Below are positions 47,396-58,539 of a DNA stretch of 64,000 bases, one piece after another. This DNA comes from Novakomyces olei. Its lineage: Eukaryota. Below the pieces are notes generated by a model. That model had not been told where the DNA came from. It saw only the letters and a list, made by a program, of their open reading frames with translations, and searched no databases. Both the position numbers and the translations under genes were made by a program. How positions within the stretch are numbered: position 1 is the first letter of the stretch; every line of letters starts with the position of its first letter. The stretch lies in NCBI GenBank assembly GCA_016906335.1, contig JADEYG010000007.1:310001-374000 (forward strand), read 5' to 3'.

Positions 47396-48583
47396 CTAAC
47401 CGGTGGACGGATGAAGGGGCAGCATTATTCCGTTTAATAGGAACCGGCAAATAGACTTGTACTGCCCGTCCTGGCCAGAGGGAACATGCTGCTCTACAGG
47501 GTACATTTTGCCCATTAGTTTTAGAGCTGCTCCGTTAAGGAGAAAGCTTCCAACATAATCGTCCATATCTTGCGCCAGCGAGACGAGAGCAATCGGCTTC
47601 GCATTAGTCAGGGCAACTGCTTGGCAAGCGGTTGAAATACGTGAAGAGCTTACAAGCAATCCTAGCAGCGGGGCTGATGGTGTGCTTAGTCGAGACTCCT
47701 CAGTGGATATTACACCACACAGCTCTCTCACAGTCTTTGGGCCTAAAGCCCTTGCCTCGTCCTTGCACTGAACTACTACATGCAACTGATGCTGCTGAGC
47801 GACATTGTTCAATAGGGGCACAGACCATGATCCTTGGAGATCAATGCCATTGTCGTGGGCTCCACCAGTACGCTCCAATTTCATGCCCAGTCGGCCCAGA
47901 GCTCGCCGGACTCGGTACTCAAACAAAGTGCCCCTGAAGACGGTTGAGCTCTTGCTCAGAGCTGTAGCCTCCGCGTACTTTAAAAATGTCTTTAATGAAT
48001 TGTGCTCTGCAACTAGACGCGGCATGTCAGGCGCTGGAGGGTACAGTGGCGGCCGCGCAGAAAAATCTGTATACTCTTTATTTGCAATAAACACTTTTGG
48101 CGTCCGTGGCTTTGACCAATGGGGCCTATCGCTCGAGCGACTAGGAGCTTCGCTTTCACCAGCTCGTGGGGGGTATTGGCCTTTGCCTGAGGATTCTGTG
48201 GATCTTGATTCGAAGGTTTCGGCTCTTGTACGCCTTTGCCGCGGGTGCCTAGCGTACTCTGACCTTGAGTCTCTTGACCTTTCTGGCCTCGAGTCTCTTG
48301 ATCTTTCTGGCCTTAAAGATTCGGCTCTAGAGTAACGCAAAGCCCCCTGAGAACCTCCAAATCGTGCAGTCTGAGGCTTTGAGTATTTCCGAGGTTCTGC
48401 CTCGTACCTTGAGCGTGGCGCTGGTGACTGCGAGCCTCGCAAATCTTGAACTTGCGGCCAAAAGTGTTGCGAATTCTGCCTCTGAAGCCTCGAATTTGGC
48501 TGAGATTTTATTTTAGAACTTGCTTGTCTCGTACACCGAACAGTCTTTACGGTGTGCAATGTAGCGCGAGCAGCGCTAAACAT
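47396..48583 (-). CDS. RRG7: Rrg7/DUF2034 mitochondrial Mrr-like nuclease-fold protein
   Basis: Presequence-like start; FLKYA..LSKSSTVFRGTLFE; GGAHDNGIDL.G.W; VVVQCK; LGPKTVREL. Confidence 0.88.
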   Translation of the reverse strand: MFSAARATLHTVKTVRCTRQASSKIKSQPNSRLQRQNSQHFWPQVQDLRGSQSPAPRSRYEAEPRKYSKPQTARFGGSQGALRYSRAESLRPERSRDSRPERSRDSRSEYARHPRQRRTRAETFESRSTESSGKGQYPPRAGESEAPSRSSDRPHWSKPRTPKVFIANKEYTDFSARPPLYPPAPDMPRLVAEHNSLKTFLKYAEATALSKSSTVFRGTLFEYRVRRALGRLGMKLERTGGAHDNGIDLQGSWSVPLLNNVAQQHQLHVVVQCKDEARALGPKTVRELCGVISTEESRLSTPSAPLLGLLVSSSRISTACQAVALTNAKPIALVSLAQDMDDYVGSFLLNGAALKLMGKMYPVEQHVPSGQDGQYKSICRFLLNGIMLPLHPSTG

Positions 48584-48838
48584 TGTCTTTCCAACAATGA
48601 GTAGACTGCCTACTTTGAATACTGCAATATATTTTTTCAGATTTCAGTCATTATATATAGTAAATCATAATTAATTAAAATAAAAATAAATAAATGAATA
48701 GATAAATAAATAAATAAATAAATACAGATAAAATAGAAATAAATATATAAAAAAAACATACTGACACTACGATTTCAGCATCTCTTTGTGTATATATTGG
48801 GCATCCACAATTACGACACGGGTGTTGCGTCAAACAGA

Positions 48839-50596
48839 ATGGAGTTCCATTCGGATCGCATAACAGAGCAGGAGCAACGCAAATATTGGTAAGAGTACTA
48901 TAGCTTCTTTGATCCAGCGCGAGTAAAACGCAATTGGACTAATTGCCATACTCGCTATTGCTGGATCGGCGGCCATTGGTTTCTAAGACTAACGAATCAA
49001 GGGAGATCTTCTCTTCACTCAACCCTATCAATGGACTCTTGGACGGCGATCGTGCCGCCGTTGTACTCAAGAATTCAAAGCTCCCAGAATCCGTTTTGGC
49101 AAAGGTCTGGGATCTGGCGGGTATGCAATATTAACCCTACTATCCTAACTCACAGATATCGATGGCGACGGCAGCTTAGACTTTGAAGAATTCTGTATAG
49201 CTATGCATCTTTTGTTCTCAATTATCAACTCGGTAACCTTGCACATTATATCCATATTATTTTTTGTTTTTTATTATTTATTATTTATTATTTATTATTT
49301 CTTTAGTTATTTATTTATTTATTTTTGTTTTGTTTTGTTTTCTGTCTAACCACATTCTAGGGAGGAGGCGACGCTCCGTCAAGTTTACCTAATTCTTTGA
49401 TACCCGCGTCAAAGGCGCATTTGGTTACAGCTGGCCGAGCATTACATGGAGACGAGGAATTCGAATCTCTTCCTGATGTCGGCTATGAGGATCCGGTATG
49501 GATACGAATGCTTTAATCATTATTCTCCAGACACCACGAGTGTTTGACCGACCTTGGCGCTTTTTGCTCTACCGACTTGATTTATACCCCTTTTTAGAAT
49601 CTTTCTACGTTGTCTTTGCTTCCAGTCATACTCATAATCAGGGACTGAGCGATGATTTTGACTGGTACATGAGCCCCAGTGATCGCTCAAAGTACGAGAC
49701 TGTCTATTCAGCCAGTTGCGATCGACTAGGCCAACTCTCGTGTAAGCAACAATCTAAAAGTGTTTGTGTATACATTTATTCATATATTTATTTATTCATT
49801 TTTATTTGTAAATTTCATTTTTCTGACACTGCCAGTCAGCGCGTTGGACGGGTTGTACGCGACACTCGACGTCCCCGACACAGAAATAAAGCGGGCCTGG
49901 AATTTAGTGAACCCGAAACGGCAGGCGTCTATTGGCAAAGAGCAGGCGCTTTACCTTTTACATATTCTGGATCAGCGAAATAGGCGTATACGCATCCCAC
50001 GCACAGTCCCGGCATCGCTGCGGACCACGTTTGAGCGCAACGAAGTGGACTATAATGTGGCAAATGCTCGTGTTCGCAGTTTACGTGAGGATCAGGAAGA
50101 AGAGCGTACGCCGAGCGAAAGAAAAGGTGATTTTGCTGCCACGTACTTGCGACGCCTTGGAGTAAGCGGTGAGCACAAATATTCGAGTAATGGATCCGAC
50201 TTTTCTCAAGTAAACGATGTAGATTGGGAGGAAGTTCGGTTGCGAAAGGAGCTTGAAACTTTGGAGCAAACTATTAGCGATGCTGAAGTAGCCGCTGAGC
50301 GCAACAGACGTCGGGCTAATAATGAAGGAACTGGTGGAGAAGCCGATTCTTCACACGCTGCCCTGGTAAAACGAGAATTTGAACAGCTGCTCGAGTTTAA
50401 GCAGGACGAGCTTGCACGTCTGAAATCCTTGTCAGCCAATAATTCCAGTAAAACCGGGACCGATGCATCGATTGCACGCATCCGCCAAGATATTGATTTG
50501 GTTAGGCAACAGGTTGATATGCTGCAGACGCATCTAGACGGTCGATTGAAAGCTCTGACCCAGCTCGACCATGACTTGGAAACGGCACGCCGGTGA
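48839..50596 (+). CDS. END3: EH-domain endocytic protein End3
   Basis: Six exons: [79 protein letters not shown]. Confidence 0.94.
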
Positions 50597-50826
50597 TGAA
50601 TAGTTTGTACTGGACCTGTATTAGACAATGAATCAGTAAATAATAAATAAATGAATACTATTGGTATTTTCAAGGCTTTACAAACTTAAAGGGCTGACAC
50701 TTGAAGCCATTCTACTAGAGTAAAGTAGCAGCCATTCCGCAGGGATCATTAAACGGTTCTAAGCTTCTATGTACAAGTCGGCATGAACGCCTGACCTCCA
50801 TTTTTAAGATTAAAAATGGCCAATCG

Positions 50827-52019
50827 CTAGTCAAGATCATCTTGTGGAATCTCTTCGTGCTGTGTCTGTGAGGAGACAGTCTCACTCTCTTCATTCGGCC
50901 TTGATGTACGAGTCTCTTGGCCGCCCTCTGGCTCAGTGCTCTTGCTGAGGCCAGTTGTGTTTGCATCGACCCGTCCACGGCACGTCGGGCAAGTGCCGTT
51001 CAATTGCAACCAGGGAACGATACAATCTTCGTGACTGTTGAGTTAGTTTCAAACTAAATAATATTCACACAGATGAGTATACATTTCAATAGTCGAATAA
51101 ACAAATAGATAATAGAACTATAATACAAAGACAAAATACTTACAAGACATGCTTGCACGGAAGCTGTATCAGCGGCTGTTTGTCACCGATTTTAAACTCG
51201 TCCTTGCACACAGCACACTCCGAGTCAAGATCCAGGATCTCCTTTGAAACACAAACACGGGGCAAATGGGCAATAACATCCTCTGCAGAAGGCGGAGGAT
51301 GATTGACCTGCTGCTGCTGATTCATCATTTGTGTAATAATATCATCCAGACCACGTTCACCCCAGGCGTAGTCATTTATATTTGTGCCTGGAGGCAAAAG
51401 CATCTGCGTCATCATATTGAAAAAATCTGTGGCTGTCGCCTGGTGAGTCGGCATAAACCCCCGTGGCTGATCAGTGCCAGAGCCAGTGCCACTGGCATTA
51501 GCGCCTTGTTGCTGTGCGACTCCACTTGCTGCCATATGCCCAAAAGCCCGGTCCAAAAAGTCTTCAAGAGGAGGAATACCCTCTTCTCCCTGGGGCGGTG
51601 GCACTTGCTGCCCGTCTCCCCCAAAATAACGCATCTCATGCACGGGCTGACCGTCCACAGTTCTAAAAGTTACGCTTACACCACGTCCACCAAACGGCAG
51701 GTTAAAGGGAACTTGCCCTCCGCCACCTTGTGGACCGGCTCCCGCTCCGGGAGCCGGCTGAGTCTGTGATTGATCCGGCGGCTGTGACTCTGCTCCCGGA
51801 GCAGTTTCATGACCGTGCTGTGTCTGGTCGTGCAAAGCAGCTGCTTGTCCCTGTGCAGAGGGATCATTAGAGGAATCACCGCCAGAGTCAGCTGGGTGGG
51901 ACGAACGGACCGGCTCAGACGGAGCCGGTCTCGGCACTCCTCCAAATAGCTGCCTCAGTATAATATCTATTGTGCCTTGTAAAGGGCCCGGCGCTTGTCC
52001 TTGCGCTTGCCCTGCTGGC

Positions 52020-52071
<52 letters not shown>

Positions 52072-52891
52072 CAGTCAGTGGCTGTTGACGTAGGCTGCCG
52101 GGAAACGTTGTATACGCACTCATTCTGCTCCGACTCCTGTCTGTCTGTTCTGCAGTAGAATCGTTCCCCGTGGCATTATCGCTCACATTTGCTCCTGCAG
52201 AGGGAGCCTGCTGGTGCTGATTTAACTGCTGTTGTAGTAGCTGTGATATCGATAGGAAAGGGTTCGCGCCAGGCGATCCTCCAATATTGCTGCTGGCCGC
52301 GAACTGGAGTAAATTGCCTAGTGGTGCCGGTGCTTCGTGGCTTGCCTCTTCTTCAATTTCATGCATATCCACATTCTGTAGAGTTAGGCGGGATGAATAG
52401 AGAGAAAAGGAAAGCAGACGTAGATGGAAAAGACAGTAAATATAATAAATCAACGAAAAGAAAAGAAAGGAAAAGAAATCGAGTCGAATGGAATCAAATG
52501 AACTAAAATTTAAAGAAATAAAATAAAGTGGAATCAAATGAAATGAAACGGAATGAGATCAAGTGAAATCAAATTAAATTAAATTCAGCTTAATAAAAGA
52601 ACAAATATTAAACAAATATTAAAAATCGAAAACCGATACAGACTAAACAAACGCCCGGAAAATTCGAACTTGTGGGTAAAGTATCGCACCAGTGTCCAAC
52701 GATAGACTTACCATTTCACAAAAATCGCCACCGCACGCAGGGCAAGGCGGCGCATGGTTAAACACAGCGCCGCACTGGTGGCAGAACCAAGGCACACGTT
52801 GCGATGTATTAGTATTTGACTCATTACTCTCCGACGCGCCTGAACGGCGCGGGGGTTCCGCGCCGTCATTTGTGCGCTCTCTTGAGCTCAT
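50827..52891 (-). CDS. RNF115/RNF126-like RING-H2 E3 ligase with N-terminal zinc ribbon
   Basis: WFCHQC..CPACGGDFCE; DYAWGERGLDDIITQMM; CAVCKDEF..LPCKHVFHEDCIVPWL..TCPTCR after two introns; polyQ. Confidence 0.9.
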
Positions 52892-53423
52892 TTCAAAATT
52901 CTAGCCGCTCATGGCCGAGACGCGGTTTATGGATTCGGGCTATAAATGTTTATGTCATGTATTATTTAATTTATATTATATGTGTGTAGTACTGCGAGTT
53001 CCGATATGGATGACTTACCCTGTCAAAGTGATAGTATGTCTCCAATATTATACGCCAAGTCGCCGTATATTATTTTTGTTGAAGATATTAGGTTGGAATT
53101 TGCTCTTATGGTAGATTAAATGAATTAGAAACCCTCGATTGCTTTAGCTGAATCCCCCGAGGGTTCGCTTGAGCTATATATATGTAACTATGTATTTTTG
53201 AGTGAGGGTTCTGTAAAGCTAAAAGTCAAACAACTGACACTCATGGTTGAGTTGTCTTAGCCGGTCAGTGAGTCGGCGAGTGTATTATTATTATTATAAG
53301 GGGATAATGGATTCATATTTCAGCAATTTTCACTCGTCGGAAAAAATAAATTAATTTAAATAATTAATAATTAAATAAAATAATTAATAGTTGAATAAAA
53401 TAATTAATAGTTGAACAAAATAA

Positions 53424-53424
<1 letters not shown>

Positions 53425-53491
<67 letters not shown>

Positions 53492-53493
53492 AT
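53425..53493. repeat. (AAAT)n microsatellite with adjacent AT-rich tandem units
   Basis: Seen directly. Confidence 0.93.
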
Positions 53494-53561
53494 AGTCAAC
53501 CTAATAATAAAATAAATATTGTCATGTTGGCGACAAGAGGCAGGCGAGTTTGCGGTTTTCC

Positions 53562-54425
53562 ATGATACGGTCCAAGTACGGATGGACTGCATTAGGCGCC
53601 TCGGCTATTGCCTGCGGCTTTTATGCCAAGTCTCGTGCAAGCAAAGACCCATTGTCAGCTGAGCGGTACTCTGCCACGCGTGTAACGGCACTGCGGCAAT
53701 TGACACCAGACACAGCGTTGGTCAGTGTATCGCTGCCCTATGGCTTGTCGCCCATACAAAACGATACCATGTACTACGTCTCTGCAAAGGAGCCGTACAT
53801 TCAGACACAGAGGCCCTATACGCCCTTGCGTATGGACAATGATGCACTGGATTTCGTGGTGAGGCGCTACGACGAAGGTGTCGTTTCACGTTACTTGCAT
53901 TCGTTGCAGAAGGGCGACTCGCTGGAACTGCGCGGCCCCATTCCGCACTGGAGCCTGGCCCGGATCGGCTCACGTGACCTTGTCTTTGTGGGTGGTGGTA
54001 CGGGTATTGCGCCGATAGTACAACTGCTCACTCGGCACCTTGGCAGTCCTGACGACAATGGTACTCGGCGGTTCTATATAGTATATGCCTGCCGGAGCAG
54101 CGTGCACTCTGCCTTACTGCCTCAGCTGAAACGGCTCAAGTCAGCGTTTCCTGATCGTGTCGATTTGTACGTGCACATGGACGAGTCGCCGAGCTGGAGG
54201 GAGAGGCTGCAAAGGTTGCTTGCACCGTCTGCTTTGGCCAATGACGACACTGTATGCCGTTCGGGAGGGGTTCTGCCGGGCCGCTTGATTCAACGTGCGG
54301 TGGACACAGCGACTACACGCTCACACCAGCTGCCTTTTGTCTTGCTGTGTGGGACAGACGGGTTTGTACGGCACGCGGCCAGCTTTTTACCGGACTATGA
54401 ACCTGATTTAATACACAAAATTTAG
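53562..54425 (+). CDS. Cytochrome b5 reductase-family FAD/NAD oxidoreductase (Cyc2-like)
   Basis: QRPYTP, VRRYDEGVVSRYLH, ELRGP, FVGGGTGIAP, LCGTDGF; N-terminal hydrophobic anchor. The start is uncertain (see findings). Confidence 0.85.
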   Translation: MIRSKYGWTALGASAIACGFYAKSRASKDPLSAERYSATRVTALRQLTPDTALVSVSLPYGLSPIQNDTMYYVSAKEPYIQTQRPYTPLRMDNDALDFVVRRYDEGVVSRYLHSLQKGDSLELRGPIPHWSLARIGSRDLVFVGGGTGIAPIVQLLTRHLGSPDDNGTRRFYIVYACRSSVHSALLPQLKRLKSAFPDRVDLYVHMDESPSWRERLQRLLAPSALANDDTVCRSGGVLPGRLIQRAVDTATTRSHQLPFVLLCGTDGFVRHAASFLPDYEPDLIHKI

Positions 54426-54828
54426 GCTCGTGTACGCTTATAATGCATGCTGCCTGGCTGATATAGAAGCGGGCCCACCGTGAACCGAGGGGAAGGGTGT
54501 AAATAAAAGATGGGTTTAGCGGATTCTGAGGCTCTTATTAAAACAATAGATATATTTGAAAGGAGCAGGCTACTTTTCATAAAAGTTTCAGACATTTCCA
54601 TCACCACTGGCAATAGCCTACTACCCAAGCTGAGCCATGCTGCACTAAAGGATTTAGTGTCTAGAGAGGCTCTAGGATCTGCACTAGCACGAAGAGACAA
54701 AACACAACGCCTCTTGAAGCCTTCACTTTTGTGCATGCCCAAACTCCAAGTGAAATGGATCAGTTAAATCAAGACCTCGGTTACCATTATAATACATAAA
54801 CAAACAGCCATACTTGAAAGCTACCAAA

Positions 54829-55465
54829 CTACCTTTTGCGTTTCATGAGCGCAGTAAGAACAATCCCACCGAGTGCAACCGCCGTTCCGACCACAGCCAT
54901 ACCCATTAAACCCTCTGTTTGAGATACCAGTTAGAAAAATCATGCACTCTTGGAATATAGAAATGACAATAAACATTGAGCGAAAACCCGTACCTCGAGC
55001 CACTTTATCATCTATCAAAGACTTCAAGCTCACTGCCTGCATGTTTGTGGGCTCTTTCTGCAAAAGCATGTCGTTAAAGCGGCGTGCCTCACCAAAGTTG
55101 CTGAGTTTATAGTGTCCCAGCGCCAGGTAGTAGAGGCACTCGCGTCTTCGTTCCGGAGAGTCACGGTAGATTTCTACACTTAGCATCAGGCCTGCACTGG
55201 CAAGAAGAGATGGTGCAGCGTACCTGACAAGAGACGAATCCCCATCTGCGGATCGCGCCGGTTATTAGACTTGATCAAGCCCCACGCGTAGTTAAACTTT
55301 GTTTGAACGCCCACAAATTGACCTTCACGTTCATATTGCCGCTGCAGCACGTCAAGCTCTTCCGGTTTCAATGGGCTATTAGCGTCTGCCGCATCTATAC
55401 GCCTGTTAATACTGGGGAAAACGGTAGCGTTTGCGCTTACAAGGCAAGTTTTCCGGCGACGGCAT
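54829..55465 (-). CDS. FIS1: Mitochondrial fission protein Fis1
   Basis: Four exons: [55 protein letters not shown]. Confidence 0.96.
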
Positions 55466-55756
55466 TGTACGTCTGCCTCGAGTACGAGTAGACTTTTGTT
55501 TAGTCCCAAACGACTTAATTGTCGCTCAGATACGTACACACTACGTAATGCCCGTAGCACTGCTTCCACGAGTACTACTTGTATTTTATATAATAATCGC
55601 AGTGTTTCTAGAATAAATCGGTCTCTCAATGTAAGGACACGACCAAGTAACGGTAGCGCCAACCAACGCAAAAAAAATTCAAGTAACGTTGCGCTCGATA
55701 ATCACTGTTTCCGTGTAAACAAAAGAGCAGGCAGTTGCCGTGTACAACGCGTTAAA

Positions 55757-56453
55757 ATGGGCCAGGATAGTCTGGAAGAACTGTTCCAATCGGCGCGTCT
55801 GGGCTTCACCCTTGAACCGGACCAGCAGGCTATTGCACGCATCGATGGGGTGGTGGCGTCAACCTGTGCGAAGCGGGAACGCTGTCTGGACAAGTCGCGC
55901 TCTGTTCTTAAAGGTAAACAACAGACAGTAATAGCAAGGCAGGCCCTGGAAGCAAGACTAACACTGATCCAGCTCTCGCGCGGAACGTGCAACTCGCACG
56001 CGATGCGGCAGATTCAGCAAAACGTGCTCAGGCAGCTCAAGAGCACACGCAGCATATGCTTGAACTTGATAGGAGCAAGTTTGCATTGGCCAAAACGATC
56101 AATGAGCTCGAGGCGAGCGCAATATCGCTTGAAGTTCAACTGTCCCAGGCTCGAGCTGAGCTAGAGGCTCTTGAGTCTGAGGATATGGTTGACAAAACAC
56201 TACAGAACCAGCAAGAGGATGTAAACATGTAAGATCATTAAAAGACGGCAAGCACTTGCTAACAATGAACAGTCTAAAACTCAAGTGCTATCGTTCACTT
56301 GGCATAGAGCTCGTTGAAAACAAGTCGGGAACTGGGTACGATCGCGCTGTTGTGCGGACAAAGAACGATGTGCATGTCGTCAATATTGAGAGCAAATACT
56401 CAAACTTCTTTTACGCAAATTATCTATGGGACCTGATCGCTGAATGCGAGTGA
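55757..56453 (+). CDS. SPC24: Kinetochore Ndc80-complex subunit Spc24
   Basis: Coiled coil with LDRSKFALAKTINELE; LKLKCYRSLGI; YSNFFYANYLWD; two introns. An MCB-like ACGCGT lies at 55747. Confidence 0.9.
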
Positions 56454-56643
56454 GTGGATCGTATACTGTTGTATATATGTACATATTTTATCAAATGGCT
56501 ATTCATGAATCCAAGGTTGCGTCAACTCGCACACACGCAACCGCTCAATCATGCCTTTACGTGTTTTGTTTTAATTATATAGTGAAAAGAATCATCTTTT
56601 CTGGTATCATTTGCAAATATAAACAAAACAAGCCAACTCTGAA

Positions 56644-58539
56644 TTAGCCGCTCGCTTGCTCACGCTCGGCCAGAATCTTTGCCTCTCGATAAAATCTCCG
56701 TATCAACTGACTTCTCTGCATTATGTAGGCAGCGTACCTGCCTGTGCCTCCGCCAGTGAGCACACCACACAGATCAATCAGTGTGTGCAACACGTCTAAT
56801 CGCGTATCCCCTGTAGACGGCAAAGCCTTGTCTACTGTTTCACGACCATAGATATCGGCAACGTCCTTGCTGTAGCCGCTGGTACGTGGATCATCTGATC
56901 CAGAATGCATTTGCTGATTGACGTGCTGCAATTCCTGCTCAATACGCTCTTCCCGTGCATTTGCATGCCGGGCACGTGCCTCTGCTCCACGCTGCAAACG
57001 GTCTTTGGGCATAGGCAAAAAATTGAGGAGCGGATTCGCAAATTTTCGTGCAAGTGAATCCTTGTTGCAGTATTCATAGTAAAAACTCAGGGCCATATCG
57101 ATTTCCTCTTTGCTCAAAGTTTCCAATTTGTTTGTATCATAATCAAACCATTGCCGATCGTCATAGTCTGGCGTTGCATCTCTTTCCTTCGCTGTAGTAG
57201 AGACAGAGGGCAGAGCCCAGGTAAATCGCGCTTTAATCAACCGTAACCATTTCAGCCAAACTTGTTCTTGAGACGCATCCATTCTAGTAAGATAAAATGT
57301 ATCGAGAGCAAATATTACGACAAAAGCAGCATGAGTTTCGTAAGGGTAAGCACTGCGTTTAAGTATATCATAGTACTGGCCACCAATCACTTCAACAGTA
57401 CGAACACTGACCCGGAAAACGTGCAGGGGCAACCGCAGAAGCTCAACAAAAGCCCAGTGCACGTGCACAGGGTTAACTGGGGGCGGAACCAGACGATGCC
57501 GGATGAAAAGAGTACGCAATAATTCCCGAGTGTTGTCCACTAGAGTCTTTGCATCAGGAACTTGCAATGAAAGCCGTTGCATTCTGTGCAAGACACTATG
57601 AGGTATTGTGGGCAAAAGAGCCTCTGGGAATATGTTTCTGTGTGGCTGTGAGGGGTCAGCAAACTTGTAGTACGGCAGCGTGCCTGATTTTAGCCAAAGA
57701 GCCATCTCCATGGACGTGTAGGGAAGCCGCAGAAACAAAATTGCACAGTATACAATGGCCGGGGCAAGAAATATGCCAGGACCTCGTCTGTCTAGAGGAC
57801 GCAATGCCTCTGCAGAGGGGGCCACTTGCTCTAAATCTGGTGGCGCCGATCGGCCGTGCATTATGCGCTGACTATAATCGAAATAGTTGGCCTGCTGTAA
57901 GGCTTCTGCCCCTAAAGAACTAGATCCACTACTGTTTTGCGCACTCTTGCGCCCAGAGCTGCTTTTATAATTGTTATTTTCAGAGAGATGCGGCCCAGGC
58001 TTCTCCTCTTCTTCCGAGTCAGTCTCTGCTTCGGCATAGAAATTGTCCCCTGCCTCCTCCGCTTGCTGCCTCTCAACTGTATCCTCCTTCAAATCAAACC
58101 CATTCTTGACTTGTTCGCTTTTCACTGTGCTCTCGCCGTCGTAATGTCCGTCCCCCTCCTCATTATTAAGAGTTCTGTTGCTGCCCAACACAATGGTCCA
58201 CAGGTGGCGAACCGTCCGCATAAACTGTTTCTGTGGGAAACCCATTTTCTGAACGAGCACACGACACTCGGCGGTAAGCAGGACTTGCGTCATTTTTGCC
58301 ATTGCGATATATATGGGCCTATGCTTTTCGGTGGTTGTAGTCAGCCGATGCTCTCGCCAGCGGCTGCTTGCGCCCTTCAATCGCCGACGGCCCAAAGCCG
58401 CATTTTCCTCGTCCGCAATTTCAACATCGCCCACTCGTACATGGCCAAGGCGGCAGACTGTCTGGCCATCAAGGATCTGGTATTGCGTAGACCGGCAATT
58501 GTCCACATTGCAGCGTGGGCCCGGGAAAAAGGAGGGCAT
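56644..58539 (-). CDS. RRN7: RNA polymerase I core factor Rrn7/TAF1B
   Basis: N-terminal ribbon CNVDNC..DGQTVCRLGH; 'VRHLW' and 'YCAILFLRLP..W..G.LPY' cyclin-fold motifs. Confidence 0.82.
   Translation of the reverse strand: MPSFFPGPRCNVDNCRSTQYQILDGQTVCRLGHVRVGDVEIADEENAALGRRRLKGASSRWREHRLTTTTEKHRPIYIAMAKMTQVLLTAECRVLVQKMGFPQKQFMRTVRHLWTIVLGSNRTLNNEEGDGHYDGESTVKSEQVKNGFDLKEDTVERQQAEEAGDNFYAEAETDSEEEEKPGPHLSENNNYKSSSGRKSAQNSSGSSSLGAEALQQANYFDYSQRIMHGRSAPPDLEQVAPSAEALRPLDRRGPGIFLAPAIVYCAILFLRLPYTSMEMALWLKSGTLPYYKFADPSQPHRNIFPEALLPTIPHSVLHRMQRLSLQVPDAKTLVDNTRELLRTLFIRHRLVPPPVNPVHVHWAFVELLRLPLHVFRVSVRTVEVIGGQYYDILKRSAYPYETHAAFVVIFALDTFYLTRMDASQEQVWLKWLRLIKARFTWALPSVSTTAKERDATPDYDDRQWFDYDTNKLETLSKEEIDMALSFYYEYCNKDSLARKFANPLLNFLPMPKDRLQRGAEARARHANAREERIEQELQHVNQQMHSGSDDPRTSGYSKDVADIYGRETVDKALPSTGDTRLDVLHTLIDLCGVLTGGGTGRYAAYIMQRSQLIRRFYREAKILAEREQASG

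Noticed and set aside
54422..54767. 85-aa and 106-aa ORFs between convergent genes
   Set aside because: No motifs; consistent with 3' UTR sequence.
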